DNA of 63,622 nt, counting the filler, from Octopus bimaculoides (taxonomy: Eukaryota), in the NCBI RefSeq assembly GCF_001194135.2. It is 9 parts of 5 records of this genome, joined end to end, with 100 filler letters (N's around TTAATTAATTAA, not from the genome) between each part and the next. Parts side by side here need not be neighbours in the genome. Positions count along the whole stretch, not along the records: positions 23,749 to 33,025 come from NC_068987.1; positions 33,126 to 35,441 come from NC_069001.1; positions 35,542 to 43,321 come from NC_068983.1; 6 more parts are not named here. The stretch is one strand, 5' to 3'. The translations under genes and the position numbers were made by a program. Of the stretch, positions 28,215 through 40,040 are shown in pieces (position 1 is the first letter of the stretch; every line of letters begins with the position of its first letter). The notes under the pieces were generated by a model. That model had not been told where the DNA came from and made no database searches. It was given only the letters and a program-made list of their open reading frames with translations.

Positions 28215-28629
28215 ATGTGGAGGCGCAATAGCCCAGTGGTTAGGGCAGCGGACTCATGGTCATAGGACGTCGAGGGTTCCAGTTGATCCGATCAAAGGAA
28301 CAGCCTGCTAGTGAAATTAACGTGCAAGCGGCTGAGCACTCCACAGACATGTGTACCCTTAACGTAGTTCTTGAGGATATTCAGCGTGACACAGTGTGAC
28401 AAGGCTGACCCTTTGAATTACAGGCACAACAGAAACAGGAAGTAAGAGTGAGAGAAAGTTGTGGTGAAAGAGTACAGCAGGGTTTGCCACCATCCCCTGC
28501 CGGAGCCTCGTGGAGCTTTTAGGTGTTTTCGCTCAATAAACACTAACAATGCCCGGTCTGGGAATCGAAACTGCGATCCTATGACCGCGAGTCCATTGTC
28601 CTAACCACTGGGCCATTGCGCCTCCACAT
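28215..28629 (-). mobile_element. tRNA-derived SINE (OR-type) capped by an inverted copy of its own 53-bp head
   Basis: Minus-strand head has A box TGGCCCAGTGG and B box GTTTCGATTCC. Positions 28215-28267 are the reverse complement of 28577-28629 with a few mismatches. Confidence 0.88.
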
Positions 28630-28839
28630 TTATTTACTAATATAATGGGATAGTGATATTTGCGTTTGTTTATATTCAGAAGTGATATAGCACTGTCAGA
28701 TACCTTAATGTGTCAAGCTGCTCTGTTAGCTGACTTTCTTCCATATTCTTTAAACAATAACATTTATAAATGACCAGTTAATTTATTGATGCAGGTCGCT
28801 CTATAAAAGAAACATATACAGTAATTAATTAGAAAGCTT

Positions 28840-29090
28840 AATGCAACTATGGAAGATGTTGAAGGTTATAGATTATCCAGATATTGATTTGACATATTTG
28901 GAACACACATGTAGTAACAAAGGTGATAGTGTTATCACAGATATTGAGGGATAAATAGCCAAACTACACTGTGGTCAAAAACCTGGAGATCTTTCATTTC
29001 AAAAGACACCTTTTAAGAAAAATTGGGTTCAGCAGATTCAGGGTCCTTATCTTGCTGATATTAGCAACAACCAAAGCAACAAACCATTTC
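28840..29090 (+). pseudogene. Decayed coding relic, possibly the GPY/F C-terminal module of an LTR-retrotransposon integrase
   Basis: QKPGDLSFQKTPFKKNWVQQIQGPYL resembles the PGD.V......W...W.GPY module. In-frame stop upstream. Confidence 0.25.
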
Positions 29091-29110
29091 AACTACTTTT
29101 GTTTTCTCCT

Positions 29111-29514
29111 TTTTTACTTCTTTCAGTCATTAGACTGCAGCCATGCTGGAGCACTGCTTTAAAGAATTTTTTCTTTAGTTGAATGGATTGACCCCGGTTC
29201 TTATTATTTTTTTTCTTCTTTTAAACCTGGTACTTATTCTGTTAGTCTCTTTTTGCTGAACCACCAAATTATGGGGATGTCACCAAGCAGTAATGATGGA
29301 CAAACACAGACACAAAAACACACTCACACATACACACACACATATATATATATATACAACAAGCTTCTTTCAGTTTCTGTCTACCAAATCCACTCACAAG
29401 GCTTTGGTCAGCACAAGATTATAGTAGAAAATATTTGCCCAAGGCACCACGCAGTGGGACTGAACCTGGAACCATGCGGTTGGGAAGCAAACTTCTTAGC
29501 ACACAGCCACACCT
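29111..29514 (-). mobile_element. Near full-length tRNA-derived octopus-type SINE
   Basis: Head GTGTGGCTGTG...GGTTCAGTCCCACTGCGTGGTGCCTTGGGC, internal (CA/TA)n, and tail GCTCCAGCATGGCTGCAGTC (minus strand). Confidence 0.88.
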
Positions 29515-30189
29515 GGTCAGAAAATTTTCTCAAACATACTTTTACCTCTCGACACCTGGCACAAAGCCCCTTCCCTCAGTTAAGAGAGGTCTAATCATGC
29601 AAGTTACTTGGTGACATCATTAACACCAAATGTAACAATAAAATTACTGAGTACACTTTGTAAAGTAGTTGATCTTAGAAAAGGCATCAAGCCACAGAAA
29701 CCATGTCAAAGCAGACCTTGGAGATCAACACAGCCTTCTTGCTTGTCAGATCCTATCAAACTGTGGTGTATGTGTGTGTGTGGTGTATGCGTGCAAGTAG
29801 AAGTAATCGGCTTACCTTGTTTGCCTTCCTTTGCATGAGTCTGTCCTGCGGTATCTGATCCTTGCGGCTGGCCCGACCCGAAGAATGCTAGAAATAGCAG
29901 CTGCTTCTCCCAACACCTAGACGATCGCTTGGCACGTCCTCTCGTCACGACAACCCCGTTCGAAAAGGGCACGAAATCCCGATTGAGGCTCCCTCATCCC
30001 TTCTTGCTCTTCCGGTCAGTTCACGGTTCCGGTCAGCAGTCAGCTCCCCAGTTGCTGATGTCATACCACACAAACCATCCAAGCCATGCCAGTGTAAAAG
30101 ACAAATGTTAAATGATGGTTATGATGATTGCTTGGCTCAAATTATCAGAGATTCAATCCAGAATTTTATGAATCATGTCTATAATATCC

Positions 30190-30430
30190 AACCATTGTTG
30201 TCAATGATGATCAAGGACATCGCATAGGAGAAGAAGATGGGTCACGGTGCATCTGGTTGTGGCCAATCAGACTGATGCAAACTTGGAAGGTTCTGCTGCA
30301 AGTTGGGCACTCCTGGACTTGCACAGCTTATGTTTTATTTGTGCTACTGTGGTCTTGTTCTATTCTTTGGAGGTGGCACCTCTGTTGATGCAGTTGTGTT
30401 AGGCACGGCGGTCCTGTGCTTGCATTTCCC
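30190..30430 (-). mobile_element. RTE (BovB-like) LINE 3' end with a C2H2-like terminal motif
   Basis: Minus strand reads QECPTCSRTFQVCISLIGHNQMHR, like the CPTC.RTF..RIGL.SH..TH terminus of RTE ORF2. Confidence 0.65.
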
Positions 30431-30639
30431 AGATGTTGGAAATGCAGACACAAATTCATCAGCATAGTGTGTCAGTTTCATGACGTTATGCTCACTCAGG
30501 TGCTGGACAGTGGAAATTTTTCCATTACACTTCCAATCACTAACAGAGTCAAGCAGGGCTGTGTTCTCAAATCATATCTATAGGGAGAGCATATTACATA
30601 TATGCATTTTTTTGTTTTTTACTGTCAAAGCAAAGACCT

Positions 30640-31135
30640 GTTGGGGCAAGCGAAAGCGAAATCGTGATGGCACCTGTACCAGTGGAGCACTAAGAGCACC
30701 GTCCGAGCGTGATCATTGCCAGAGCAACTGTCTGGCTTCCGTGCCGGTGGCACATAAATAGCACCAGCGTGATCATTACCAACATTGCCTTCCTGTCACT
30801 TGTGCCAGTGGAACATGAAAAGACATTCGAGCGAGATCGTTGCCAGTGCCGATGGACTGGCTCCTGTGCAGGTGGCACGTAAAATACACCATTTCAAGCA
30901 TGGCCGTTGCCAGTACTGCCTGGCTGGCCTTCGTGCAGGTGCCATGTAAAAGCACCCACTACACTCTTGGAGTGGTTGGCGTTAGGAAGGGCATCCAGCT
31001 GTAGAAACTCTGCCAAATCAGATTGGAGCCTGGTGTAGCCATCTGGTTTCACCAGTCCTCAGTCAAATCGTCCAACCCATGCTAGCATGGAAAGCGGACG
31101 TCAAACGATGATGATGATGATGATGATGATGATGA
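30640..31135 (+). mobile_element. RTE-family 3' UTR copy with tandem subrepeats and a (GAT)n tail
   Basis: Shared tail CCAGTCCTCAGTCAAATCGTCCAACCCATGCTAGCATGGAAAGCGGACGT followed by (GAT)n. The same tail is joined to RTE ORF2 at 32180 and 46231. Confidence 0.88.
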
Positions 31136-31270
31136 GCAGACATTCACCATGACTGGTTTCCTTGATTAGAAGCATGTTGTTATTGCAGAAGATGCTTTTG
31201 CTGTCTACCAAAGGTCTTAATTCCATATCACAGCAGCTTCTGTAGGGAGTAACTACAAAAAGTTTTGCAT

Positions 31271-31637
31271 AAGGCGCAGGCACAATTTCAGGTTCAGTCC
31301 CACTGCATGGTACCTTGGGCAAGTGTTTTCTACTATAGCCTCAGGTCAATCAAAGCCTTGTGAGTGGATTTGGTAGACGGAAACTGAAAGAAGTCCATCA
31401 TGTGTGTGTGTATGTTTGTCTCTGTGTCTGTGTTAGTCCCCCACCACCACTTGACAACTGGTGTTGGTTTGTTCACATCCAGTAACTTCACAGTTCAGCA
31501 AAAAGAGACTGATGTAATAAGTACAGGGTTTAAAGAACAAAAAATAAGTACTGGGGTCGATTCATTCAACTAAAAAAATTCAAGGTGGTACCCCAGCATG
31601 GCTACAACCCAATGACTGGAACAGATAAAAGATAAGG
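31271..31637 (+). mobile_element. Octopus-type tRNA-derived SINE with a partly deleted head
   Basis: Same family as 29111-29514, opposite orientation, CpG-decayed. Confidence 0.82.
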
Positions 31638-32179
31638 AATACATTTTATAACATTCATGATTAACAAAGTTCATGCAAAGCAAATTTGTGAAAAAAGGCA
31701 TTATTGTTTGTTTTAGCATCTGTTTTGTGATGATCAATACGACAATAGATTCTTCTGCCCTCACCCAAAAATGAACATAATGGACAAGGGCATGGCAATG
31801 TAAAAGAAATATGTATGTATAGAACTAAATGTATGTGTGCCATTTAGTTTGTGTTTGTCTCCCACATTCAATATTTGCAGGTGTAGAGTGGGAACATGGA
31901 TAGAGGAAATAGTTCTAGAAGGATGACATTTTGGTTGGAAGTGTTGTTTATCAGTGGATAGTACAGAGCCTGCAAGATGGAGAATAACAATATGGTTTGA
32001 TGAGCCTGGGTGGAATGTATTATATACAACTAATTTGTTCAGAGTGGTAGAGGCCATTATAGTAGCAACTGAATAGGAAGAGTGAGGAGGCTTCATGTGT
32101 GTGTCATCTAAGATGTGGGAACAATACTCCATAGTGAGTTCTTTTTGAGCTAAATGATGGCTATCAGAAACTTTGTCTT

Positions 32180-33007
32180 CATCATGGGAATTTGTGAGGC
32201 AGGACCAGGAAGGCTCGGGATGAGGTGGTGAAGCACAACCTCCGAACATTAGGCCTCACCGAGGCAATGACTTCTGACCAAGACCTTTGGAAATACGCTG
32301 TGCGTGAGAAGACCCGGCAAGCCATGTGAGACCAAAATCCAAGGCCTCTGCCTGGGATGTGGCCATCCCACTTTCGCATAACATTCCTTCCTTGGACACT
32401 AAACTCCGCTTGTGAAGACCTGTTGAGGCAAGTGAAATCGAAATCGAACTAAATCTGTAGACTGGCACCCATGCCAACGTCTCTTCATTCAATACTAAAC
32501 TCGGCTTGCGAAGACCTGTTGGGGCAAGCGAAAACGAAATTGTGATGGAACCTGTACCAGTAGATCACTAAGAGCACCGTCCGAGCGTGATCATTGCCAG
32601 AGCACCAGCTGTCTGGCTTCCATGCTGGGGGCACGTAAATAACACCATTTGAGCGTGATCGTTACCAACGTCGCTCTCCTGACATTTGTGCCAGTGGCAC
32701 GTGAAAAGACATTTGAGCAAGTTCGTTGCCAGTACCGCTGGACTGGCTCCTGTGCAGGTGGCACGTAAAATACACCATTTCGAGCATGGCCATTGCCAGT
32801 ACCTCCTGACTGGCCTTCGTGCTGGTGGCACATAAAAGCCCCCACTACACTCTTGGAGTAGTTGGTGTTAGGAAGGGCATCCAGCTGTAGAAACTCTGCC
32901 AAATCAGATTGGAACCTGGTGTAGCCATCTGGGTCACCAGTCCTCAGTCAAATCGTCCAACCCATGCTAGCATGGAAAGCAGACGTTAAACGATGATGAT
33001 GATGATG
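32180..33007 (+). mobile_element. 5'-truncated RTE LINE (ORF2 C-terminus + 3' UTR + (GAT)n)
   Basis: DEVVKHNLRTLGLTEAMTSDQDLWKYAVREKTRQAM* followed by the subrepeat-containing UTR. Confidence 0.9.
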
Positions 33008-33289
33008 GTAGTCAAACTCCTCTTTNNNNNNNNNNNNNNNNNNNNNNNNNNNNNNNNNNNNNNNNNNNNTTAATTAATTAANNNNNNNNNNNNNNNNNNN
33101 NNNNNNNNNNNNNNNNNNNNNNNNNCCTCTCTATATATGTCAGTATATTCATATAAGCGTACATGCCTGTGCGTACACATAAATGTATATATGTATATGT
33201 GTGTATGTGTATATATATATATATGTATGTATGTATGTTTATATTATGATTGACCGTTGACTGAACACTATTCAATTTTTTTTCTCCGT

Positions 33290-33430
33290 GTTTTTTCCTT
33301 GTCTCCGTATTCTTTCTGTTGAAGAGCGTAGCTCGAAACGTCAAAGACTTTCCGTATTCCCGAGCGTCATACTAATATATACTTTTGTTATTTACACCAC
33401 CTGTCCTCGTCTGTTGTTATTTTTTGTATA
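33290..33430 (+). mobile_element. Penelope-like element terminal-repeat fragment
   Basis: TTGAAGAGCGTAGCTCGAAACGTC resembles the CTGANGA-stem-GAAAC hammerhead core typical of PLE terminal repeats. The family assignment is from memory. Confidence 0.4.
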
Positions 33431-34719
33431 TTCTCCTATATATATATATATATATTTATGTGCGTGTCTGTGAGTGTGTATATATAAATGCACATATATG
33501 CATATGTATATACGCGTGTGTATGCATATATTTATATGCATGTATGTATACATGTATATGTGCAAATGTCTAATTCATGCATCTAGCTTGAGCAACTATT
33601 CGGAATAAGCAGTAGGAAATAATGCCTTAAACTATTAAGAAAATGCTTTCTTTCTCTTAAATAATTAAAAAAATAATTTCTGTCATTTTGTGCAAACGCA
33701 CCCAAACACGTTGTACGGAATATGGAAGGATGCTTTAATATTTCTAAAGATGTCTATATACATTCACACAGATACCCATGGACAGACACAGAAATATTTA
33801 TAGATGCATAAATATATCCTATATACAAATGTATACACATATGCATACTTAGGCGTACACATATTTTTTACGGTAATAATGTTGAAAATGTACGATAAAG
33901 CACACAGTAATTAATAGAATTTAAAGAAAATAAAACATGAACGATTATTAGTTAGTTTGAAGTAGTGTACTCCATGACCGTACACTTAACTATGTCTTTG
34001 GGTACAACCGAATTCCCATTAAGCATGATTTTTGAAAACCTCTGATGTTGCGACACCAAAATCTTGAGGATATTCTTTCTCAAGTGTTGTAATGTCTTAA
34101 TTTTAATTTTACGAGTAGTCTATCTTTCGCATGTGGTTTATATTCCATATCTAATTGTTTGTATGTCATTACAACTTCTGAAATCTGTGTCACCAGTGAT
34201 GCGTAATTTTCAGTTAAATATTCGTATGATTTTACGGAAAACTGTGAATTTTAGTTCATCTTTGTCCTTTATTTTTCGTTATTTTCATGAAGAGGGGTTT
34301 CGTTGTCTTTCAGATCTATTTTATTGTTTCGTGTTATGCCTTTCTTTTTGTGATTTCTTTCATGTTTCTCTCTTTAATTTTTCTTTCTCACGATTAAGGT
34401 GTGGTACAACTGGTTGGTATTGTTCGGAGACAAGATGTTTGCTCATCTCTTTGTGATGCTGGGCCTAAAGAAATTGATTTCATTTGCTACCCCCAGAGTT
34501 TTGGTTAACAATACTTAGGAAATTGAGGTTTATAGTTCTTTTTTTTTTTTGTTTTTGCTGTGGCGTTTCATATTCTTCACTTGATTTATCTAGTTTGCAA
34601 GTTCTCGATGAACATTCAGTTCTAACGTGTGTTTTACCCCGATAGACATAGCAACAAGACTTTCTACATCGTACCATCCATCTCGGACCTTTTTTCTTGG
34701 TACCTTATACTTTTACTTG

Positions 34720-35105
34720 TTTCAATCATTTGACTGTACAAGGGAGCCGTCATGGAGAATTTTTGATCGAATGAATCGGCCCCAGTACTTTTTTTTTAAA
34801 CCTGGTACTTATCGGTCTCTTTTGCCAAACTGCTAAGCTACTGGGACGTAAACACACCAAAACGGGTTATCAAGCGGTGATGGGGGACAAACGCAGACAC
34901 AAAGACCCCCCCCACACACACACACATACACATACGTATACACACGACGAGCTTCTCAGTTTCCGCCTACCAAATCCACTCACAAGGCTTCGGTCAGCCC
35001 GAGGCTATAATAGAATACACTTGCCGAAGGTACCACGCAGTGGGACTGAACTTGGAACCATGTAGTTGGGAAGCAAACTTCTAACCACACAATCACGCCT
35101 GCGCC
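34720..35105 (-). mobile_element. Full-length octopus-type tRNA-derived SINE
   Basis: Head GGCGCAGGCGTGATTGTGTGGTTAGAAG...GTTCAGTCCCACTGCGTGGTACC (minus strand); same family as 29111. Confidence 0.88.
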
Positions 35106-35541
35106 TTAAAAAAATCTTTAGGAAGAACGTTTTAAGATAAAACCAGGACAAAATTAAATTCTGTCCCAGGATGTTGAATACTGATATGTCCCTATGTCTT
35201 TACCCACAGAATCAGCAAGTGAACACCAACATTACCATCACTTGATGGTCCTGTGGGTAAAGACATAGGGACATATCAGTATTCAACATGGTTCCAACTA
35301 CATGGTTCCACCACCACCACCACCACCACCACCACCACCTCCAACACCACTACAGCTAACACCATCACGACTACCACTACCATCACAACGACGACGACCA
35401 TCCCCACAACTATTACCACCACCACATCACCATCACCACCANNNNNNNNNNNNNNNNNNNNNNNNNNNNNNNNNNNNNNNNNNNNTTAATTAATTAANNN
35501 NNNNNNNNNNNNNNNNNNNNNNNNNNNNNNNNNNNNNNNNN

Positions 35542-36139
35542 TTCCGCTTGTATAATAATGTTCAGATTCTGGCCATGCCAGTTGCGTGACTCCCTCACGG
35601 CAGCTTCCAATACAGTTATTTTTTCTTCTAGTCTCATAGTAACTCCCGTAACGAGCCACTCCGGGTCCACATCAGGGGGAAAGTTACTTACTCTAACTCT
35701 TGAAGTTCTTCTGCCCATATATGTGGGCAGAAGCACCACCTCTTCTGTTCTCAATGGGTCAACCGAATGGAGTCGCGCCGCTTCCTCCGACTCCATTCTT
35801 ACTTCGACGGTAGCATACCGCCTACCTCTATTAACATATCTTACTTGATGCCATATAGGCTTCAAACATTTTCTATCTCACTTTCCACGACGTATTCTAT
35901 TTTTCTCTCTTTAACCTTGTAGGTTTTAAAAAATTATTGTTTTCTTTTCAACATCTTGTTGAATTTCTTTTGGAGGAACTACCTTAACTTCATTCCCCTC
36001 CTTCGACATTATTTCCTTGTGTTTCTCCAAATTTTTTAAATCCAAAAGTCTAATTTTTGTGCCAGCCACAGCAACAAAGTCTAATTTTTCCGCTTGTTTT
36101 TTCTCATTTTTTCCATCTATCTTAGCTTTTGTAATTAAA
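35542..36139 (-). mobile_element. LINE ORF1 (RRM-like, probably L1/Tx1 group), frameshifted
   Basis: Complex-composition ORF KPIWHQVRYVNRGRRYATVEVRMESEEAARLHS...SRVRVSNFPPDVDPEWLV with frameshifted upstream extensions, flanked by gaps. The ORF1 assignment is inference. Confidence 0.5.
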
Positions 36140-36902
36140 NNNNNNNNNNNNNNNNNNNNNNNNNNNNNNNNNNNNNNNNNNNNNNNNNNNNNNNNNNNNN
36201 NNNNNNNNNNNNNNNNNNNNNNNNNNNNNNNNNNNNNNNNNNNNNNNNNNNNNNNNNNNNNNNNNNNNNNNNNNNNNNNNNNNNNNNNNNNNNNNNNNNN
36301 NNNNNNNNNNNNNNNNNNNNNNNNNNNNNNNNNNNNNNNNNNNNNNNNNNNNNNNNNNNNNNNNNNNNNNNNNNNNNNNNNNNNNNNNNNNNNNNNNNNN
36401 NNNNNNNNNNNNNNNNNNNNNNNNNNNNNNNNNNNNNNNNNNNNNNNNNNNNNNNNNNNNNNNNNNNNNNNNNNNNNNNNNNNNNNNNNNNNNNNNNNNN
36501 NNNNNNNNNNNNNNNNNNNNNNNNNNNNNNNNNNNNNNNNNNNNNNNNNNNNNNNNNNNNNNNNNNNNNNNNNNNNNNNNNNNNNNNNNNNNNNNNNNNN
36601 NNNNNNNNNNNNNNNNNNNNNNNNNNNNNNNNNNNNNTTAGAATAGTCAAGCAGGTTTAGTAACTAATTAAAACTACCAGGTTTCAAATCCAACGTAAAC
36701 TATGATAATAAATAAATACTAACCATTGTATCCATATTTTTATTATTATTTTTATATCTATATTTTTGTCTTTTTATTTTTATTTCTATTTCAATCATTA
36801 CTATTATTATCACCATTACTACCATTATTACCACTACTAATACTATTATTTTTGTTCTTATTTTTATTTTTATATAGTTTTAGGAAGGTGGAGGAAAATT
36901 TA

Positions 36903-36978
36903 TGATTGCAAAAAGGGATTACCTCAATAAACTTATTCAAGGTTTATTGAGGTAATCCCTTTGCTTGTTGCAAGATCA
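36903..36978. repeat. Hairpin with a perfect 21-bp stem
   Basis: AAAGGGATTACCTCAATAAAC (36912-36932) pairs with GTTTATTGAGGTAATCCCTTT (36942-36962), 9-nt loop, imperfect basal extension. Confidence 0.9.
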
Positions 36979-37285
36979 GTGACTGATTGTCGCTTGGTTT
37001 TCTATATATTGCGAGCTAGAGAGAATTCCTGCTATTTCTAGCGGCCAGGTGTTTACCATTGACGATGGGCACACATAGTCTGAAAACGTTCGGTCGTGTT
37101 GTCACGTCGTTTGCTAGAAGAAAGCATCGGTTCGTTCTCCAGTTTGCAGTATATACCGGGTGCAGATTGCATCTATAAACAGCTGAAGGAGGTTCTTCCT
37201 GGGGTTAAAAACGGTAGTAACGTCGAACAACCATATAGTTACTACTTTCATCTCTTATAGAGATTATCTAACTAGTTACTTTTCT

Positions 37286-37325
<40 letters not shown>

Positions 37326-39575
37326 TTTCTTTTATATGTTTCAGTCCTAAAGCTGTGACCAACGTTGCCACCACTCGCAGTCGAGGCATTTTTTTCACTA
37401 ACTGCAATCGCGCGCTGACTTGAACATCCTTTTGACGCTCTCACACAGGATTTAGAAGAACACCCAGGATACGATTAGAAGCAGAGCTCTGATGTACATA
37501 CTTCCAGGATTCCGAAAATAGTAAAATAGTACACAATAGAAAGCAAAAAACAAATGGTGCGCATTAGAGTTGGTACTTCTGTTGGGCCAGAATAGAGCTA
37601 TTTATCCTCCCTTCTGTTCACTTTCTGACCTTAGTCAAGTTCTTCTCATTCGAGAACAAAAGGATACTAGAGCTTGTCCGGCAAGCACTTCGACATGGTC
37701 ACATAGTACTTACGGATATTGCCAGACTTCAACTGCTCTCTCTCCTAATCACGTTTTCTGTTTGCACCTAATGTACTTATGTATCAGTGAACTCCGCTAC
37801 ACTGAGTTGGTCGTTGAGAGCTCTCATCTGTTTGCTGGCGTTACCGTTGATGATGTCTTAAACCTCCTGTGTGAACTTGGCTATCCTGACGACGTTTGAC
37901 CGTTCATAATGTTTCTTTGTCATTGCACAGATTACATGTTCGTGCAGTTCATTCCTGGCTTTGAAGTCTAAGAGCGCAGATTAGTTCAAGTAGTTGGCGA
38001 TTTCCGAATTGCTAGAGCGACGAGCGCAACATGTCTTTTCTTTTCTTATGTTAGACTGTAATGGGCTTCCATATGTCTGAAAGAGAAGAGAAAACGATAC
38101 AATTTGGCGCATGCCGTTTAACATTGCATAAGAAGTTGTTTGAGTGCGTGTGTGTGCGTGTGTGCGTGTATGTGTGTGTGTGTAAAGCTCTTTCGTTAGA
38201 GAGCTTCAAGTATGTTAAATGCAGAGACCTCCATTTTATTGCTCGCTTAGAACACTAAGGACCAGTTACCTTCAAGAGTTATTAGGACCACAAAAATAAA
38301 AAGATAAATAAGGGAGATTACCCTGAAATGTTTCACGGTTCATTAACCACTCGCTCAGAAGACAAGTACCTCCTCATTTTCCTATCCGCAAAGAGAATTT
38401 ATAGGAAACCGTCATTAAATCAAACTCAAATCAGAGCTTGAATGTAATGTCTAAACTAATTTGCATATCGTGCGTTTGCTAGTGACGTGTTGAAATAGTT
38501 AGAAATATATGTGCACAACCCATTTGGTTTGAGGGTGCCTTTAATGGAGTTCTCTCTGTTGCAAATATTCAGAGCAGATGTCCAGTTTTAAGATAACTTC
38601 CTTCCTTCCTTCCTTCCTTCCTTTCTTCCTTCCTTCCTTTCTTCCTTCCTTCCTTTCTTCCTTCCCTCCTTCCTGTCACAAGTATCAGAGACATGATAGA
38701 ATAAAGAGTTATGGGTGTTGCCCTTCCCTCCCTGACTAAATGGTTAAAAAGAAATGTAGAGAATTAATTATTTAGTTCCGTGAGCCTCGCTCGGGGGCTC
38801 AGTAGAGGCTCTCCTGTTAACTAAGGAGCAGCTTGGTAGCGGCTTCCTCATCGACCCTTTATTTTTAGTTGTGGTTATAAAAGTGGTCTGTGATGTTTAT
38901 TTGTCGGAATTAGACGTTTGCGCGCAGTTGTTTGGACGCCGAAGATTAGGTAAGGATTTCTGAACATCTAACCTATTTTAGCTGCGGTACTTTTCGGGGC
39001 TGGAGACAAACATGCATGCGCTCGCAAGAATATAGATATATAGATATATTGAAAGAAAGAGTGAGACAAGAATAGGAGAGAGAGAAAGAGGGAGAGAGAG
39101 GGAGAAGAAGGGGAGATAGGAAGAGAAGAGAGGGAGAGAAAGAGAGACATTATAGTCTATTAGTTGAACACAATTGATGTAAACATTTTCCCTGTCCTCA
39201 TACACATAAAGAAAAATATGCTCAAACACATAAACGAAGGAGAGAGAGAGAGAGAAAGAGGGGGAGGAGGAGGAGAACCAGAGAAAACATTAAAACGAAT
39301 AAAACACTAAAATTTCTAATGTCAAATAAATCAGCGGCGCCAGGCAGCTGTGCCAAAATGTCTCATACCCATTATCTGTATCTTCTTTTTTTTTTTTTGC
39401 TAATGAAGTGAGAAAATTTAACCCTTATTACCTGACATATGTATAGAATATTTTTTTCCTGAATTATCCATTTTATTCTTTAATGTTTTACGGTACAAAA
39501 GTTCATACGTGTTTACTTCCACTCTTTCTTGTATGTTAATTAACTCTATTGTACTTGAAAGGAGATCATCTACTT

Positions 39576-40040
39576 CAGTGGTTCTCAACCGGGGTACATA
39601 TGACCCTTGGGGATTTCATATAAGATTTTGTTATCAAAGTTTATGAGCAATAAATTGGTTATACATCTACAATACACAAAATATTTGAACAATATTTTTA
39701 TTCATACAATTTCGAGCGTGGCCGTTCATCGTTACCACCATTTCGAGCGTGGCCGTTGCCAGTACCGCCTGACTGGCCTTCATGCCGGTGACACGTAAAA
39801 GCACCCACTACACTCTCGGAGTGGTTGGCGTTAGGAAGGGCATCCAGCAGTAGAAACTCTGCCAAATCAGACTGGAGCCTGGTGTCGCCTCCTGGTTCAC
39901 CAGTCCTCAGTCAAATCGTCCAACCCATGCTAGCATGGAAAGCGGACGTTAAACGACGATGATGATAATGGTGATGAAAAATATAATAGGATTTTCTTTA
40001 ACATGGGGTTCCAGTAGAATAAAATAGGAATCAAAGGGAT
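39576..40040. mobile_element. hAT (Charlie-like) non-autonomous element interrupted by an RTE 3' UTR
   Basis: Starts CAGTGGTTCTCAACCGGGG, a typical hAT terminus. The right end is degenerate. Confidence 0.6.
39710..39976 (+). mobile_element. RTE 3' UTR fragment nested in the hAT element
   Basis: Same tail motif and (GAT)n as 30640, 32180 and 46231. CpGs largely intact. Confidence 0.9.

Noticed and set aside
28215-28290. tRNA gene
   Set aside because: This is a tRNA-derived SINE head. It has no complete cloverleaf and continues into the SINE body.
29860-30030. HDV-like ribozyme (GGCACGTCCTCTCGT resembles P3/L3)
   Set aside because: No complementary P1 strand or P1.1 GG could be found, and L3 has the wrong length.
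30640-31000. CRISPR-like repeat-spacer look of the RTE 3' UTR modules
   Set aside because: The units are diverged tandem modules without unique spacers, are attached to RTE ORF2, and lie in eukaryotic DNA with no cas genes.
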